From the NCBI RefSeq assembly GCF_000283555.1, contig NC_016012.1:570001-602000 (forward strand): DNA of 32,000 nucleotides. The letters run 5' to 3'. Each line of letters opens with the position of its first letter. Positions within the stretch are counted from its first letter, which is position 1. The DNA comes from Candidatus Arthromitus sp. SFB-rat-Yit (GTDB lineage: Bacteria > Bacillota > Clostridia > Clostridiales > Clostridiaceae). This document shows, piece after piece, positions 1 to 8,584 of the stretch. The notes under the pieces were generated by a model, which was given only the letters and a program-made list of their open reading frames with translations, made no database searches and was not told the DNA's origin. The position numbers and the translations under genes were made by a program.

Positions 1-582
1 GGTAAATATGTATTTGGTGGTGAGAGGATTGATCAAAAGCCGTTAAATATATCAAAAGATCCAGTAAGTGGGAATATTAAGCTTGAGTATAATGGAAAAA
101 ATGGGCAAGCAATAACTCAAGTTGAATTAGATCAAATTAGACAGCCAATTGAGATGGAAGTTTCTCCTGGAGTAAAAATTGATTATGGAGTTAATGTAAC
201 TGAAATGATTGAGTTTAAGGATAAGGATGGGAACGATGTTAATCTCATGGAGAGTTTTGAGAAAATTTTGGAAAACTTAGATAATACTGATGAGAATGCC
301 TATAAAGAGCTTATAACAAAAAATTTGGAACAAATTGATGATGCACTTCAAAATGTTTCAAGAATAAGAGGTCAAATTGGTTCAAAACAAAATCGAATGG
401 AAGATGCACTCGAGAGAAATGAAGAAGAAAAATTTAATATAAAAGAAATTTTATCGAGTATTGAAGATATAGACTTTGCAGAAAAAACAATTGATTATGT
501 AACAGCTATGACGATGTATACAGCTTCACTTCAAGCAAGTTCAAAGATAATGCAACCGTCATTGATCGACTATTTAAGATAA
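1..582 (+). CDS. flgL: Flagellar hook-associated protein 3 (FlgL), C-terminal part; 5' end outside window
   Basis: Frame 1 is open from base 1 (GKYVFGGERIDQKPLNISKDP...) through the listed ORF; flagellin-like C-terminal helix ...YVTAMTMYTASLQASSKIMQPSLIDYL; followed by fliW-csrA-fliS-fliD. Confidence 0.85.
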   Translation, partial: GKYVFGGERIDQKPLNISKDPVSGNIKLEYNGKNGQAITQVELDQIRQPIEMEVSPGVKIDYGVNVTEMIEFKDKDGNDVNLMESFEKILENLDNTDENAYKELITKNLEQIDDALQNVSRIRGQIGSKQNRMEDALERNEEEKFNIKEILSSIEDIDFAEKTIDYVTAMTMYTASLQASSKIMQPSLIDYLR

Positions 583-686
583 ACTTAATTGTATATATTT
601 TTTAAACAGGATAATAATATTATTAAAAATATTTTTAAAAAGTATTTTGATTTTTTTAATTTTTGAATTTGGGAGGAATTTAATCA

Positions 687-1094
687 ATGGGAGAGCAAAT
701 GGTTTTAAAAAATGGTAGTGTAGTATTTGAAAAAGGGTTACCTGGATTTGATGGGCTTAAAAATTTTGAATTAGTAGCATTGGAGCAGGTTGGATTTTTT
801 AATTTAAGTTCTTCTGAACAGGAAAATATTTCTCTTCTATTAATTGATCCATATATTTATTTTCCTAATTATGAAATAGAAATTGATGATAGTACAACAG
901 AAAGATTAAATATAAAAGATGCAAGCGATGTGTTAGTTTTAAGTGTAGTAACATTAAATGATGATGTAGAGAAAATAACTTTGAATTTAAGAGCTCCTAT
1001 AATTGTCAACCTTACTACAGGAAAATGTGAACAAGTAATATTAGATAGAGAAGATTATTTAGTTAGACAATCATTAGTAGTCAAAAGAGGGTGA
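687..1094 (+). CDS. fliW: Flagellar assembly factor FliW (CsrA antagonist)
   Basis: 135 aa, FEKGLPGFDGLKNFELV and N-LRAPIIVNLTTGKCEQVIL motifs typical of FliW; directly upstream of csrA. Confidence 0.95.
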   Translation: MGEQMVLKNGSVVFEKGLPGFDGLKNFELVALEQVGFFNLSSSEQENISLLLIDPYIYFPNYEIEIDDSTTERLNIKDASDVLVLSVVTLNDDVEKITLNLRAPIIVNLTTGKCEQVILDREDYLVRQSLVVKRG

Positions 1095-1101
1095 TTTTTA
1101 A

Positions 1102-1326
1102 GTGTTAGTTATTTCACGAAAAAAAGAGGAAAGCTTATTCATTGGAGATGATATTGAGATAAAGATCGTAAAGATTGAAGATAATTGTGTAAAACTTGCA
1201 ATAGAAGCTCCAAGAGAATTAAAGATTTTAAGAAAAGAGCTTATACAAGATATTAGTTCCCAAAATAAGAAATCTATTTCTTCTAATATGATTGACGTTA
1301 TTTCTAAGATTGATAATTTAAAATAG
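1102..1326 (+). CDS. csrA: Carbon storage regulator CsrA, GTG start
   Basis: MLVISRKKEESLFIGDDIEIKIVKIEDNCVKLAIEAPRELKILRKEL; classic CsrA. Confidence 0.97.
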   Translation: MLVISRKKEESLFIGDDIEIKIVKIEDNCVKLAIEAPRELKILRKELIQDISSQNKKSISSNMIDVISKIDNLK

Positions 1327-1370
1327 GCAGGTTTATGTAATTATTATTTGAAAATAGGTAGGTAATATTT

Positions 1371-1751
1371 ATGTTAAACGCAAGGGATACTTACAAAAAC
1401 AGTAGTATTAACAACGTATCGAAGGAAAAGCTCTTGATTATGTTAGTTGAAGGTGGAGTCAAGTTTTGTAAGATTGCAAAACTTGCCTTTAAAACTAATA
1501 ATTTAAAAGAGATTCATACAAACTTGATTAAAGCTCAAGATATTTTTTATGAGCTTATGATAACCCTAGATACTGAAAAGGGTGGAGTTTGGGCAGAAAA
1601 CTTAAAAAGTATATACGCTTTTATAATAGATAGGCTTTCTAAGTGTAATATTGAGAAGAACGAAGCAATACTTGATGAAGTTTTTCCTGTTGTCCAAGAA
1701 GTAAATGATATGTGGCAAGAGGTTTATAAGAAGGTTTCTAGCTCGAAATAA
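1371..1751 (+). CDS. fliS: Flagellar export chaperone FliS
   Basis: 126 aa, YKNSSINNVSKEKLLIMLVEGGVKFCKIA, upstream of fliD. Confidence 0.9.
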   Translation: MLNARDTYKNSSINNVSKEKLLIMLVEGGVKFCKIAKLAFKTNNLKEIHTNLIKAQDIFYELMITLDTEKGGVWAENLKSIYAFIIDRLSKCNIEKNEAILDEVFPVVQEVNDMWQEVYKKVSSSK

Positions 1752-1768
1752 TTTTAGGAGGGATATAT

Positions 1769-4162
1769 ATGTCATCGATTCAAATGACTGGTATGGCCTC
1801 TGGTTTGGATACAAAAGCTATTGTAGAAAGTATGCTTCAGACTGAAAAAAGTAAGATCGACCGAATAAATCAAAATAAACAAATACTAGAGTGGAGACAG
1901 GAACTCTATAGGGAAATAATAACAGAAGTTAGGGATTTTTCTAAGAAATATTTTGATCCACTTAATAAAGAAACTTATATAATGGGTTCTGGATCTCTTT
2001 CTGGAATAAAGGCTGATTCAACAGTCAGCAAAACAGTAGCAAATATTATAGCCGGTGGAACGGCTGAGCCAGGAAATTATGAATTAAAAATGACTCAAAT
2101 GGCAAAACCTGCAAAAGTAACTGGTTCAAATGTAATAAACCAATCTACAGTAAAGGGAGATTTAAAAATACCAGTTATTATTGGAGCAGATAACAATACG
2201 ATAAAAATTGATGGTCACCAAATAAAACTGGACTCAAAATCTTTTGATAGTAAAGAAAGTCTTGCTAAGGCGATAAATGTAAAAATTCAAGAAAACGATT
2301 CTACAAAAGATAAATATGAGGTTTCAGTTAACAAAGATGGACAACTTGAAGTAAAAAGTAATTTTGTAGTAGATGATAAAAATGATTCTTTAAAAATTGA
2401 TGTTGGCGGAAAAGAGTATACAATTAAATTAGATAAAGGTTCATATAGTCAAGATAAACTTGTAAATCAAATAAAGTCTAAACTTAAAAAAGTAATATCA
2501 AGTGATGAATATAAGGAATTGAAGGTAGAAGTTGATGAGAGTGGACAAGTTAAAGTTAATGATAAGAATTTGGATTCATTAAAATTTGAAACTCCTAAAG
2601 TTTCTATTGTAGGTCAAGATTCAACCAAAACATCAGCAGATAATATTTTGCAATATGAATCAAAATTTATTAAAGGTCAGAACTCGGATTTAGTAATCAG
2701 TGTTAGAGGAAAAGATCCTACTGTAATTGATTTGTCAGATATTGATACATCGAAGAGCAAAGAGGAAATACTTAATGAGATTTCAAAAAAGGTTAATGAA
2801 AATACAAACAAAACAAATGTAAGTAGTAGTGTTGTTAATGGAAAACTTGTATTTAAAACAGATTTAAAAGAACAAATTGTTATAAGCGGTAGTGCTGCGA
2901 ATTCAATTGGTATTGGGAATAGTTTGGATATAACTTTGGACGTTAAAACTGAGAAGATGGTAAACGTTTTAAATTTTGATAATCCAGACGATAAAAAGGT
3001 AGAGTTTACGATTAATGGAGAAACATTTAAATATGATTTTGGATCTAAAGAAGATAAAGATGGGTATAAAGGTGGACAAGATTTAACGATTAAACAAGTT
3101 TTTTCCGATATTTCATCGAGAGCGAAAGTTAATATTTCCTATAATACTATTTCAAGGAGCTTTAATATTGAGTCTAAAGAAACAGGGAAAGAAGTTGTTT
3201 TGAGCGGAGGAGATACATCAGGGAAATTTATTGAGTCTTTATTTGGAACTAATAAGTTAGATGCAAAAGGAGAAAGTGCTATTGTGGAATTCATGGATGG
3301 TGATGGTAATAGTAACACTTTTGAATTTTCATCAAATAGTTTTACACTTGCAGGAATTACTTTTGATATAAAAACATTACCGACAGAACCTATAAAAGTA
3401 AGCGTTATTGAAGATACGGACAAGACTGTTGAGTTAATGAAGGGGTTTGTTGAGGATTTCAATAAAATTATGGATGATCTCAACACAAAGACGAGAGAGA
3501 GAAAGAATTCCAAGTTTAAACCTTTAACTGAAGCACAAAAAGAGGCAATGAGTGAGAAGGAAATTGAGCTTTGGGAAGCTAAGGCGAAACAAGGAATACT
3601 TGGAAATGAGTCGGAGCTTGAGAGTTTTATGTATGAACTTAGAAATGCTATTTTTACACCAGTTGATGGGGTAAATTTAAGCATGCGTGAAATTGGACTC
3701 GATACATCAAATGATTATAAACAAGGGGGAAAAATCATTTTTGATGAAGAAAAGTTCAGAAAGGCTTTAGCAAGTGATCCGCAAAGCATATCAGAATTGT
3801 TTACAAAAACTTCTGATAGTGGAAATGAAAATTATAATCCTGATTTGACAGCTGACGAGAGGAAGGCGAAGAACGCAGACCAAGGAATTTTCAGGAGAAT
3901 AAATGATGTTGTGAATGATTATACGAGAACTACAAGAAATAAGAGTGGTAAAAAGGGAACCTTCATTGAAATTGCAGGTATAGAAGGTGATACCACATTT
4001 TTAAGTAACACAATATCAAAAAAGATTAAAGAATATGATGAGAAAATTGATAAACTTAATGATTTGATAACTACTAGAGAAAATAGATATTATGCACAAT
4101 TTACACGATTAGAAACTGCGTTAAGCAAGTTGCAATCTCAGTCATCGATGTTCATGCAGTAA
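1769..4162 (+). CDS. fliD: Flagellar capping protein FliD (large, 797 aa)
   Basis: N-term MSSIQMTGMASGLDTKAIVESMLQTEKSKIDRINQNKQILEWRQELYREI and C-term FTRLETALSKLQSQSSMF are FliD hallmarks. Confidence 0.95.
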   Translation: MSSIQMTGMASGLDTKAIVESMLQTEKSKIDRINQNKQILEWRQELYREIITEVRDFSKKYFDPLNKETYIMGSGSLSGIKADSTVSKTVANIIAGGTAEPGNYELKMTQMAKPAKVTGSNVINQSTVKGDLKIPVIIGADNNTIKIDGHQIKLDSKSFDSKESLAKAINVKIQENDSTKDKYEVSVNKDGQLEVKSNFVVDDKNDSLKIDVGGKEYTIKLDKGSYSQDKLVNQIKSKLKKVISSDEYKELKVEVDESGQVKVNDKNLDSLKFETPKVSIVGQDSTKTSADNILQYESKFIKGQNSDLVISVRGKDPTVIDLSDIDTSKSKEEILNEISKKVNENTNKTNVSSSVVNGKLVFKTDLKEQIVISGSAANSIGIGNSLDITLDVKTEKMVNVLNFDNPDDKKVEFTINGETFKYDFGSKEDKDGYKGGQDLTIKQVFSDISSRAKVNISYNTISRSFNIESKETGKEVVLSGGDTSGKFIESLFGTNKLDAKGESAIVEFMDGDGNSNTFEFSSNSFTLAGITFDIKTLPTEPIKVSVIEDTDKTVELMKGFVEDFNKIMDDLNTKTRERKNSKFKPLTEAQKEAMSEKEIELWEAKAKQGILGNESELESFMYELRNAIFTPVDGVNLSMREIGLDTSNDYKQGGKIIFDEEKFRKALASDPQSISELFTKTSDSGNENYNPDLTADERKAKNADQGIFRRINDVVNDYTRTTRNKSGKKGTFIEIAGIEGDTTFLSNTISKKIKEYDEKIDKLNDLITTRENRYYAQFTRLETALSKLQSQSSMFMQ

Positions 4163-4180
4163 TATTTAATTTTGAGGTGA

Positions 4181-4525
4181 ATGTTTATGGAAGAGTTGGT
4201 TTATAATCAATTAAAGATATTTAAAGATCTTACTATGAGAATTATTGATGCTGTGAACTTTGAAGATACAGAACTTGTTTTGGATCTTATGGATGAAAGG
4301 CAAATCATATTGAATGAGTTAGATGGTTGCGACAAGGATGTATTAATTAAATGTGCAAATGATTTGGATATTATAAAGATGGATTTGTTACTTGAATCTC
4401 TCATGAAAAATAAAATAAGTGATATTTATAATGAGATTAAAAATATTAGCAGGGAACGCAAAACTGTGCAGGCATATAACAATAATAATTCATCAAATTA
4501 TTCTGCGTTTGTATATGAAGTTTAA
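4181..4525 (+). CDS. Small flagellar protein, FliT-like chaperone candidate (start may be ATG 4187)
   Basis: 114 aa helical protein immediately after fliD; position and size fit FliT, sequence similarity by eye is weak. Confidence 0.55.
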   Translation: MFMEELVYNQLKIFKDLTMRIIDAVNFEDTELVLDLMDERQIILNELDGCDKDVLIKCANDLDIIKMDLLLESLMKNKISDIYNEIKNISRERKTVQAYNNNNSSNYSAFVYEV

Positions 4526-4551
4526 ATAATTTTTTTGAATGAGGTGATTTT

Positions 4552-5538
4552 ATGATTAGAGGTATGTATGCAGGTATCAGTGGAATGAAGGCTCAACAGA
4601 ACAAGCTTGATGTTATTGGTAACAACTTGGCGAACGTTTCAACGACAGGTTTTAAAGGTTCTAGGGTTGTATTTAAAGATATGATGTATCAAAATTCATC
4701 TAATGCAGTTGGGGCGTCAAATAACCTTGGTGGAAGTAATGCGAAACAAGTTGGACTTGGTGCGAGTGTTGGAAGTATTGATAGAGTTATGGGACAAGGT
4801 ATGATGCAGCCAACAGGAAGACCACTTGATTTGGCAATGGACGGAGATGGATTTTTTATGGTTTCTAAAGGTCCAGTGGCTCACAAAGATGACGATATAA
4901 CAATTACTAATGGTCAACTTGATGCTGGAGGGCGTGAAATAATGTATACAAGAGATGGATCTTTATCCCTTGATGCTGATGGGTATCTTGTTACATCGAG
5001 CGGTGAGAGAGTTCTTGGTTATACTATGACCGATGGAATGGATGATGATGGAACGGTTAATTATGTTGATGCTGATGATCCAGACTTGGAAGCGGCAGAT
5101 GGTTTAAAAACTCTTAGAATACCTGATAAGGTTAAGTTTCCAGGTACAAATGGACAAGCGGATGAATACAAAAAAGTTATATCATATTCTATTGGTAAGG
5201 ATGGGGTAATAACTGGAGTTGTTGAAGGTGGTCAGATGACTGTTATTGGACAACTTGCTACAGCGAGTTTCAAGAACCAAGAAGGACTTGAGGCTGTTGG
5301 AAATAATATGTATTTAAACTCTGCAAACTCTGGAACTCCATTAATATCAACAGGACTTGGAGATCCTGACCCTATAGAGAATGGTAGTATAATGCAAGGT
5401 ATGCTTGAGATGTCAAATGTTGATATTGCTGAGCAGTTTACTGATCTTATAGTTACTAGTAGAGCGTTTCAGGCTTCGTCAAAAATTATATCTGCGAGTG
5501 ATGAAATTCTTCAAGAGGTTGTTAACTTAAAAAGGTAG
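4552..5538 (+). CDS. Flagellar hook / basal-body rod family protein (FlgE/FlgG-like, 328 aa)
   Basis: MIRGMYAGISGMKAQQNKLDVIGNNLANVSTTGFKGSRVVFKDMMYQ and C-term GMLEMSNVDIAEQFTDLIVTSRAFQASSKIISASDEILQEVVNL. Confidence 0.9.
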   Translation: MIRGMYAGISGMKAQQNKLDVIGNNLANVSTTGFKGSRVVFKDMMYQNSSNAVGASNNLGGSNAKQVGLGASVGSIDRVMGQGMMQPTGRPLDLAMDGDGFFMVSKGPVAHKDDDITITNGQLDAGGREIMYTRDGSLSLDADGYLVTSSGERVLGYTMTDGMDDDGTVNYVDADDPDLEAADGLKTLRIPDKVKFPGTNGQADEYKKVISYSIGKDGVITGVVEGGQMTVIGQLATASFKNQEGLEAVGNNMYLNSANSGTPLISTGLGDPDPIENGSIMQGMLEMSNVDIAEQFTDLIVTSRAFQASSKIISASDEILQEVVNLKR

Positions 5539-5540
5539 CA

Positions 5541-5588
5541 TAACAAAAGGGCACTAAAAATTTTAGTGGCTTTTGTTATTTTTTTATA
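5541..5588 (+). terminator. Rho-independent terminator after the hook-family gene
   Basis: taacaaaagg-g-cactaaa-aat-tttagtg-g-cttttgtta hairpin followed by a T run. Confidence 0.88.
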
Positions 5589-5613
5589 AAGTTATCAGAA
5601 AACTTTACGATAA
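5587..5613 (+). promoter_or_regulatory. Candidate SigD (flagellar sigma) promoter for flagellin 1
   Basis: TAAA (5587-5590), N15, TACGATAA (5606-5613), compared with TAAA-N15-GCCGATAA/T. Confidence 0.6.
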
Positions 5614-5620
5614 TAAAAAA

Positions 5621-5676
5621 TGTAACACGGATAGAGTGTTACAAAAACAAGGATGTAAGATGATATTCAAGGAGGA
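5621..5676 (+). promoter_or_regulatory. Flagellin 1 leader with candidate CsrA sites
   Basis: Perfect 8-bp hairpin tgtaacac-GGAtaga-gtgttaca (5621-5643), ACAAGGATGT (5647-5656) matching the CsrA consensus core, and the GGA of the ribosome-binding site (5671-5673). Confidence 0.55.
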
Positions 5677-5683
5677 ATAAACA

Positions 5684-6886
5684 ATGATAATTAATCACAA
5701 TATGAATGCAATGAATGCACATAGGAATATGGGGAGTACGACATCTGCGCAAGGAAAGTCAATGGAAAAGTTAAGTTCAGGACTTAGAATAAATAGAGCT
5801 GGTGATGATGCTGCAGGTCTTGCAATATCTGAGAAGATGAGATCACAAATCAGAGGATTGAATCAAGCTTCAAGAAACGCTCAAGATGGTATTTCAATGA
5901 TTCAAACAGCTGAGGGAGCATTGTCAGAGACTCATGCTATAGGACAGAGAATGAGAGAGCTTGCAGTTCAATCTGCGAACGGAACTTATACAGATGAAGA
6001 TAGAGAACTTATAAATCAAGAGTTCAATCAATTAAAATCTGAGATTGATAGAATAGCAAACGACACAGAATTTAATGGTAGTAAAGTTATAAATGGTAAC
6101 CTTTCAAGTAAAGAAATAGTTGCAGGTACTGTTGCGAAATCAACAACAGGTACAGGAATAACTACAGGAATGGCAAATGTTGTAGATACTGATTTAGAAT
6201 TTGGAGATGAAGCGCATCTTCTTGGTGAAGGTAGCTTTACATTTAATGTTGCTGTTGATGATCAGGGAGTAATTACGATTGATCTTTATGATAAATCTAG
6301 CTTTAATGATAATAAGGAATATGTAATGGAAACATTAGTTATTGATGATGTAGGATCTGATATTGGTCAGACAGGTAAAAGCGTTGGTGCTACTATAGGT
6401 GGAGTAGATTTTGTATTGAATCTTGAAAATTTAGAAAAAACTAAGCAAATTAATTTTACTATAGAAAATACAGCACAACAAAAAGATTCAGGATCTGGAG
6501 TTGAATTGCAAGTAGGTGCAAACAAAGACCAAATGATAGGATTGAGCATGGAGAATATGGGTTCAAGAGAATTAGGACTAGGTGGAGTTAGTGTTTCTAC
6601 TGCTGAAGATTCAAAAGATGCAATCGGCAGATTGGATAAAGCGGTTTCTAGAATTTCTGCACAAAGAGCTGACCTTGGAGCTGCTCAAAACAGACTTGAG
6701 CACACAATCGCGTCAACTGATAATACTGCGGAAAACTTACAAGCTGCTGAGTCTAGAATAAGAGACGTTGATATGGCAAAAGAAATGATGAACTTAACAA
6801 AGTTAAATGTTCTTCAACAAGCTTCCCAATCAATGCTTGCACAAGCAAACCAAGCACCACAACAAGTTCTTTCAATCTTAAGATAA
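5684..6886 (+). CDS. Flagellin 1
   Basis: MIINHNMNAMNAHRNMGST... LRINRAGDDAAGLAISEKMRSQIRG ... C-term ESRIRDVDMAKEMMNLTKLNVLQQASQSMLAQANQAPQQVLSILR. Confidence 0.97.
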   Translation: MIINHNMNAMNAHRNMGSTTSAQGKSMEKLSSGLRINRAGDDAAGLAISEKMRSQIRGLNQASRNAQDGISMIQTAEGALSETHAIGQRMRELAVQSANGTYTDEDRELINQEFNQLKSEIDRIANDTEFNGSKVINGNLSSKEIVAGTVAKSTTGTGITTGMANVVDTDLEFGDEAHLLGEGSFTFNVAVDDQGVITIDLYDKSSFNDNKEYVMETLVIDDVGSDIGQTGKSVGATIGGVDFVLNLENLEKTKQINFTIENTAQQKDSGSGVELQVGANKDQMIGLSMENMGSRELGLGGVSVSTAEDSKDAIGRLDKAVSRISAQRADLGAAQNRLEHTIASTDNTAENLQAAESRIRDVDMAKEMMNLTKLNVLQQASQSMLAQANQAPQQVLSILR

Positions 6887-6889
6887 TTA

Positions 6890-6920
6890 GGGATGCCGAG
6901 AGGCATTCCCTTTTTATTTT
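6890..6920 (+). terminator. Terminator after flagellin 1
   Basis: gggatgcc-gaga-ggcattccc plus T-rich tail. Confidence 0.8.
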
Positions 6921-6988
6921 TTATTCTGAAATTTATACCAGTATATGAACTACATAAACCACCAATAATAATAATGTCTAAATATTTA

Positions 6989-7017
6989 ACAGGGACGTAA
7001 ATGAATTTCAAGGAGGA
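6989..7017 (+). promoter_or_regulatory. Flagellin 2 leader with CsrA-like sites
   Basis: ACAGGGACGT (6989-6998; one mismatch to ACARGGAUGU) and the ribosome-binding-site GGA (7012-7014), spaced 19 nt; the flagellin 1 pair is spaced 20 nt. Confidence 0.45.
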
Positions 7018-7027
7018 ATAATAAACA

Positions 7028-8218
7028 ATGATAATTAATCACAATATGAATGCGATGAATGCACATAGAAATATGGGAAGTACAACAATTGCTCAAGGTA
7101 AAGCAATGGAAAAATTAAATTCAGGACTTAGAATAAATAGAGCTGCAGATGATGCCGCAGGTCTTGCAATATCTGAGAAGATGAGATCACAAATCAGAGG
7201 TCTTAATCAGGCTTCAAGAAATGCTCAAGATGGTATTTCAATGATTCAAACAGCTGAGGGAGCATTATCAGAAACTCATGCAATCGCACAAAGAATGAGA
7301 GAACTTGCAGTTCAATCTGCAAACGGTACTTATACAGATGAAGATAGGGCTTTAATCGATCAAGAATTTAATCAATTAAGATCTGAAATCGATAGAATTG
7401 CGACAGATACAGATTTTAGCGGAAGTAAAGTACTTAATGGAGAAAAATCAGGAGAGAAAATAGAATTTGATACTGGGGTTGTTAAGGCAGGTACAGGAAC
7501 TTTAAGTGGTGCAGATGCAGCAACTGTTTTTTTAGATACAGATTTAAAAAATGTTAATACTCTAGGAGAAGGTACGTTTCATTTAAAAATGTCACTTGAT
7601 GGAGATGATGTAAAGTTAGAGTTAACAGATGAGTCTAAGTTTAATGATAATAAAGAGTATACTATAGAAACTGTAGTTCTTAAAGATGCTGCTAATGCTG
7701 ATACTGAGCAAGTCGTAACATTAGGTGGGGCACAATTTAAATTAGCACAGTTAAAAACTAAAATTAAGGATGCAAATGTTAACAATGTTGAGCTTACATT
7801 AACTAATACTGTTACAGAAAAGAATCCAGGAGTTGAACTTCAAATTGGAGCAAATAAAGATCAAATGATAAGTATAAGTATTGGGAATATGAGAAGTCGT
7901 GAGCTTGGTCTTGGAGGAGTTAACGTTGCTTCAGCTGAAGATGCAAAAGATGCAATCGGAAGATTAGATGAGGCAGTTTCGAGAGTTTCTGCACAGAGAG
8001 CTGACCTTGGAGCTTCTCAAAATAGACTCGAACATACAATAGCTTCAACTGATAATACTGCGGAGAACTTGCAAGCAGCTGAGTCTAGAATAAGAGATGT
8101 TGATATGGCAAAAGAAATGATGAACTTAACAAAACTTAATGTTCTTCAACAAGCTTCACAGGCAATGCTTGCACAAGCAAACCAAGCACCACAACAAGTC
8201 CTTTCATTATTAAAATAA
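7028..8218 (+). CDS. Flagellin 2
   Basis: N- and C-termini near-identical to flagellin 1, divergent centre. Confidence 0.97.
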   Translation: MIINHNMNAMNAHRNMGSTTIAQGKAMEKLNSGLRINRAADDAAGLAISEKMRSQIRGLNQASRNAQDGISMIQTAEGALSETHAIAQRMRELAVQSANGTYTDEDRALIDQEFNQLRSEIDRIATDTDFSGSKVLNGEKSGEKIEFDTGVVKAGTGTLSGADAATVFLDTDLKNVNTLGEGTFHLKMSLDGDDVKLELTDESKFNDNKEYTIETVVLKDAANADTEQVVTLGGAQFKLAQLKTKIKDANVNNVELTLTNTVTEKNPGVELQIGANKDQMISISIGNMRSRELGLGGVNVASAEDAKDAIGRLDEAVSRVSAQRADLGASQNRLEHTIASTDNTAENLQAAESRIRDVDMAKEMMNLTKLNVLQQASQAMLAQANQAPQQVLSLLK

Positions 8219-8220
8219 AT

Positions 8221-8257
8221 AAAGGCAAGCATTTTTTAAAAATGCAAGCCTTTTATA
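8221..8257 (+). terminator. Terminator after flagellin 2
   Basis: aaaggc-aa-gcattttt...aaaaatgc-aa-gccttttat. Confidence 0.75.
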
Positions 8258-8269
8258 TTCTTCTATGTT

Positions 8270-8303
8270 AACAAAAGGAATGTTAATAAACATTCCTTTT
8301 GTT
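8270..8303 (-). terminator. Perfect 15-bp hairpin, terminator of the convergent minus-strand gene (probably bidirectional)
   Basis: aacaaaaggaatgtt-aata-aacattccttttgtt, between convergent genes. Confidence 0.7.
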
Positions 8304-8317
8304 GTTTACTTATTTAG

Positions 8318-8518
8318 CTATCTGCAAAGTAAAGAGTAAAGTGCAATTAGTCCAAGTGTGCTACCATATCCACACCCATTTCCCCAAAATCCTCCGTTGT
8401 TTCCGCAACCACATCCACAACCAGAATACATAGGATAGCAACTATAACTAGGGAAATTATTGCAGTAGGAATATGGCATCATACAGTTTGTATATCCATA
8501 AGAATTACAACAGCTCAT
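8318..8518 (-). CDS. Small Cys/Gly/Tyr-rich protein, possibly spore-coat or spore-associated
   Basis: 66 aa MSCCNSYGYTNCMMPYSYCNNFPSYSCYPMYSGCGCGCGNNGGFWGNGCGYGSTLGLIALYSLLCR; AGGAG ribosome-binding site just upstream on the minus strand. Confidence 0.65.
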   Translation of the reverse strand: MSCCNSYGYTNCMMPYSYCNNFPSYSCYPMYSGCGCGCGNNGGFWGNGCGYGSTLGLIALYSLLCR

Positions 8519-8584
8519 TGTGTTTTGCTCCTCTTTATTTTAAATTTTGTTTATAGGATATACTACGTAAAAGAAAAAAATTTG

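Noticed and set aside
1602-1814. Short minus-strand ORF overlapping fliS/fliD
   Set aside because: Overlaps two well-supported genes; low-complexity hydrophobic translation.
3139-3684. 181-aa minus-strand ORF inside fliD
   Set aside because: Antisense shadow of the strongly supported fliD coding frame; no ribosome-binding site or recognisable family.
5684-8218. Tandem near-identical flagellins as an assembly duplication
   Set aside because: Central regions, leaders and terminators differ clearly, so these are genuine paralogs.
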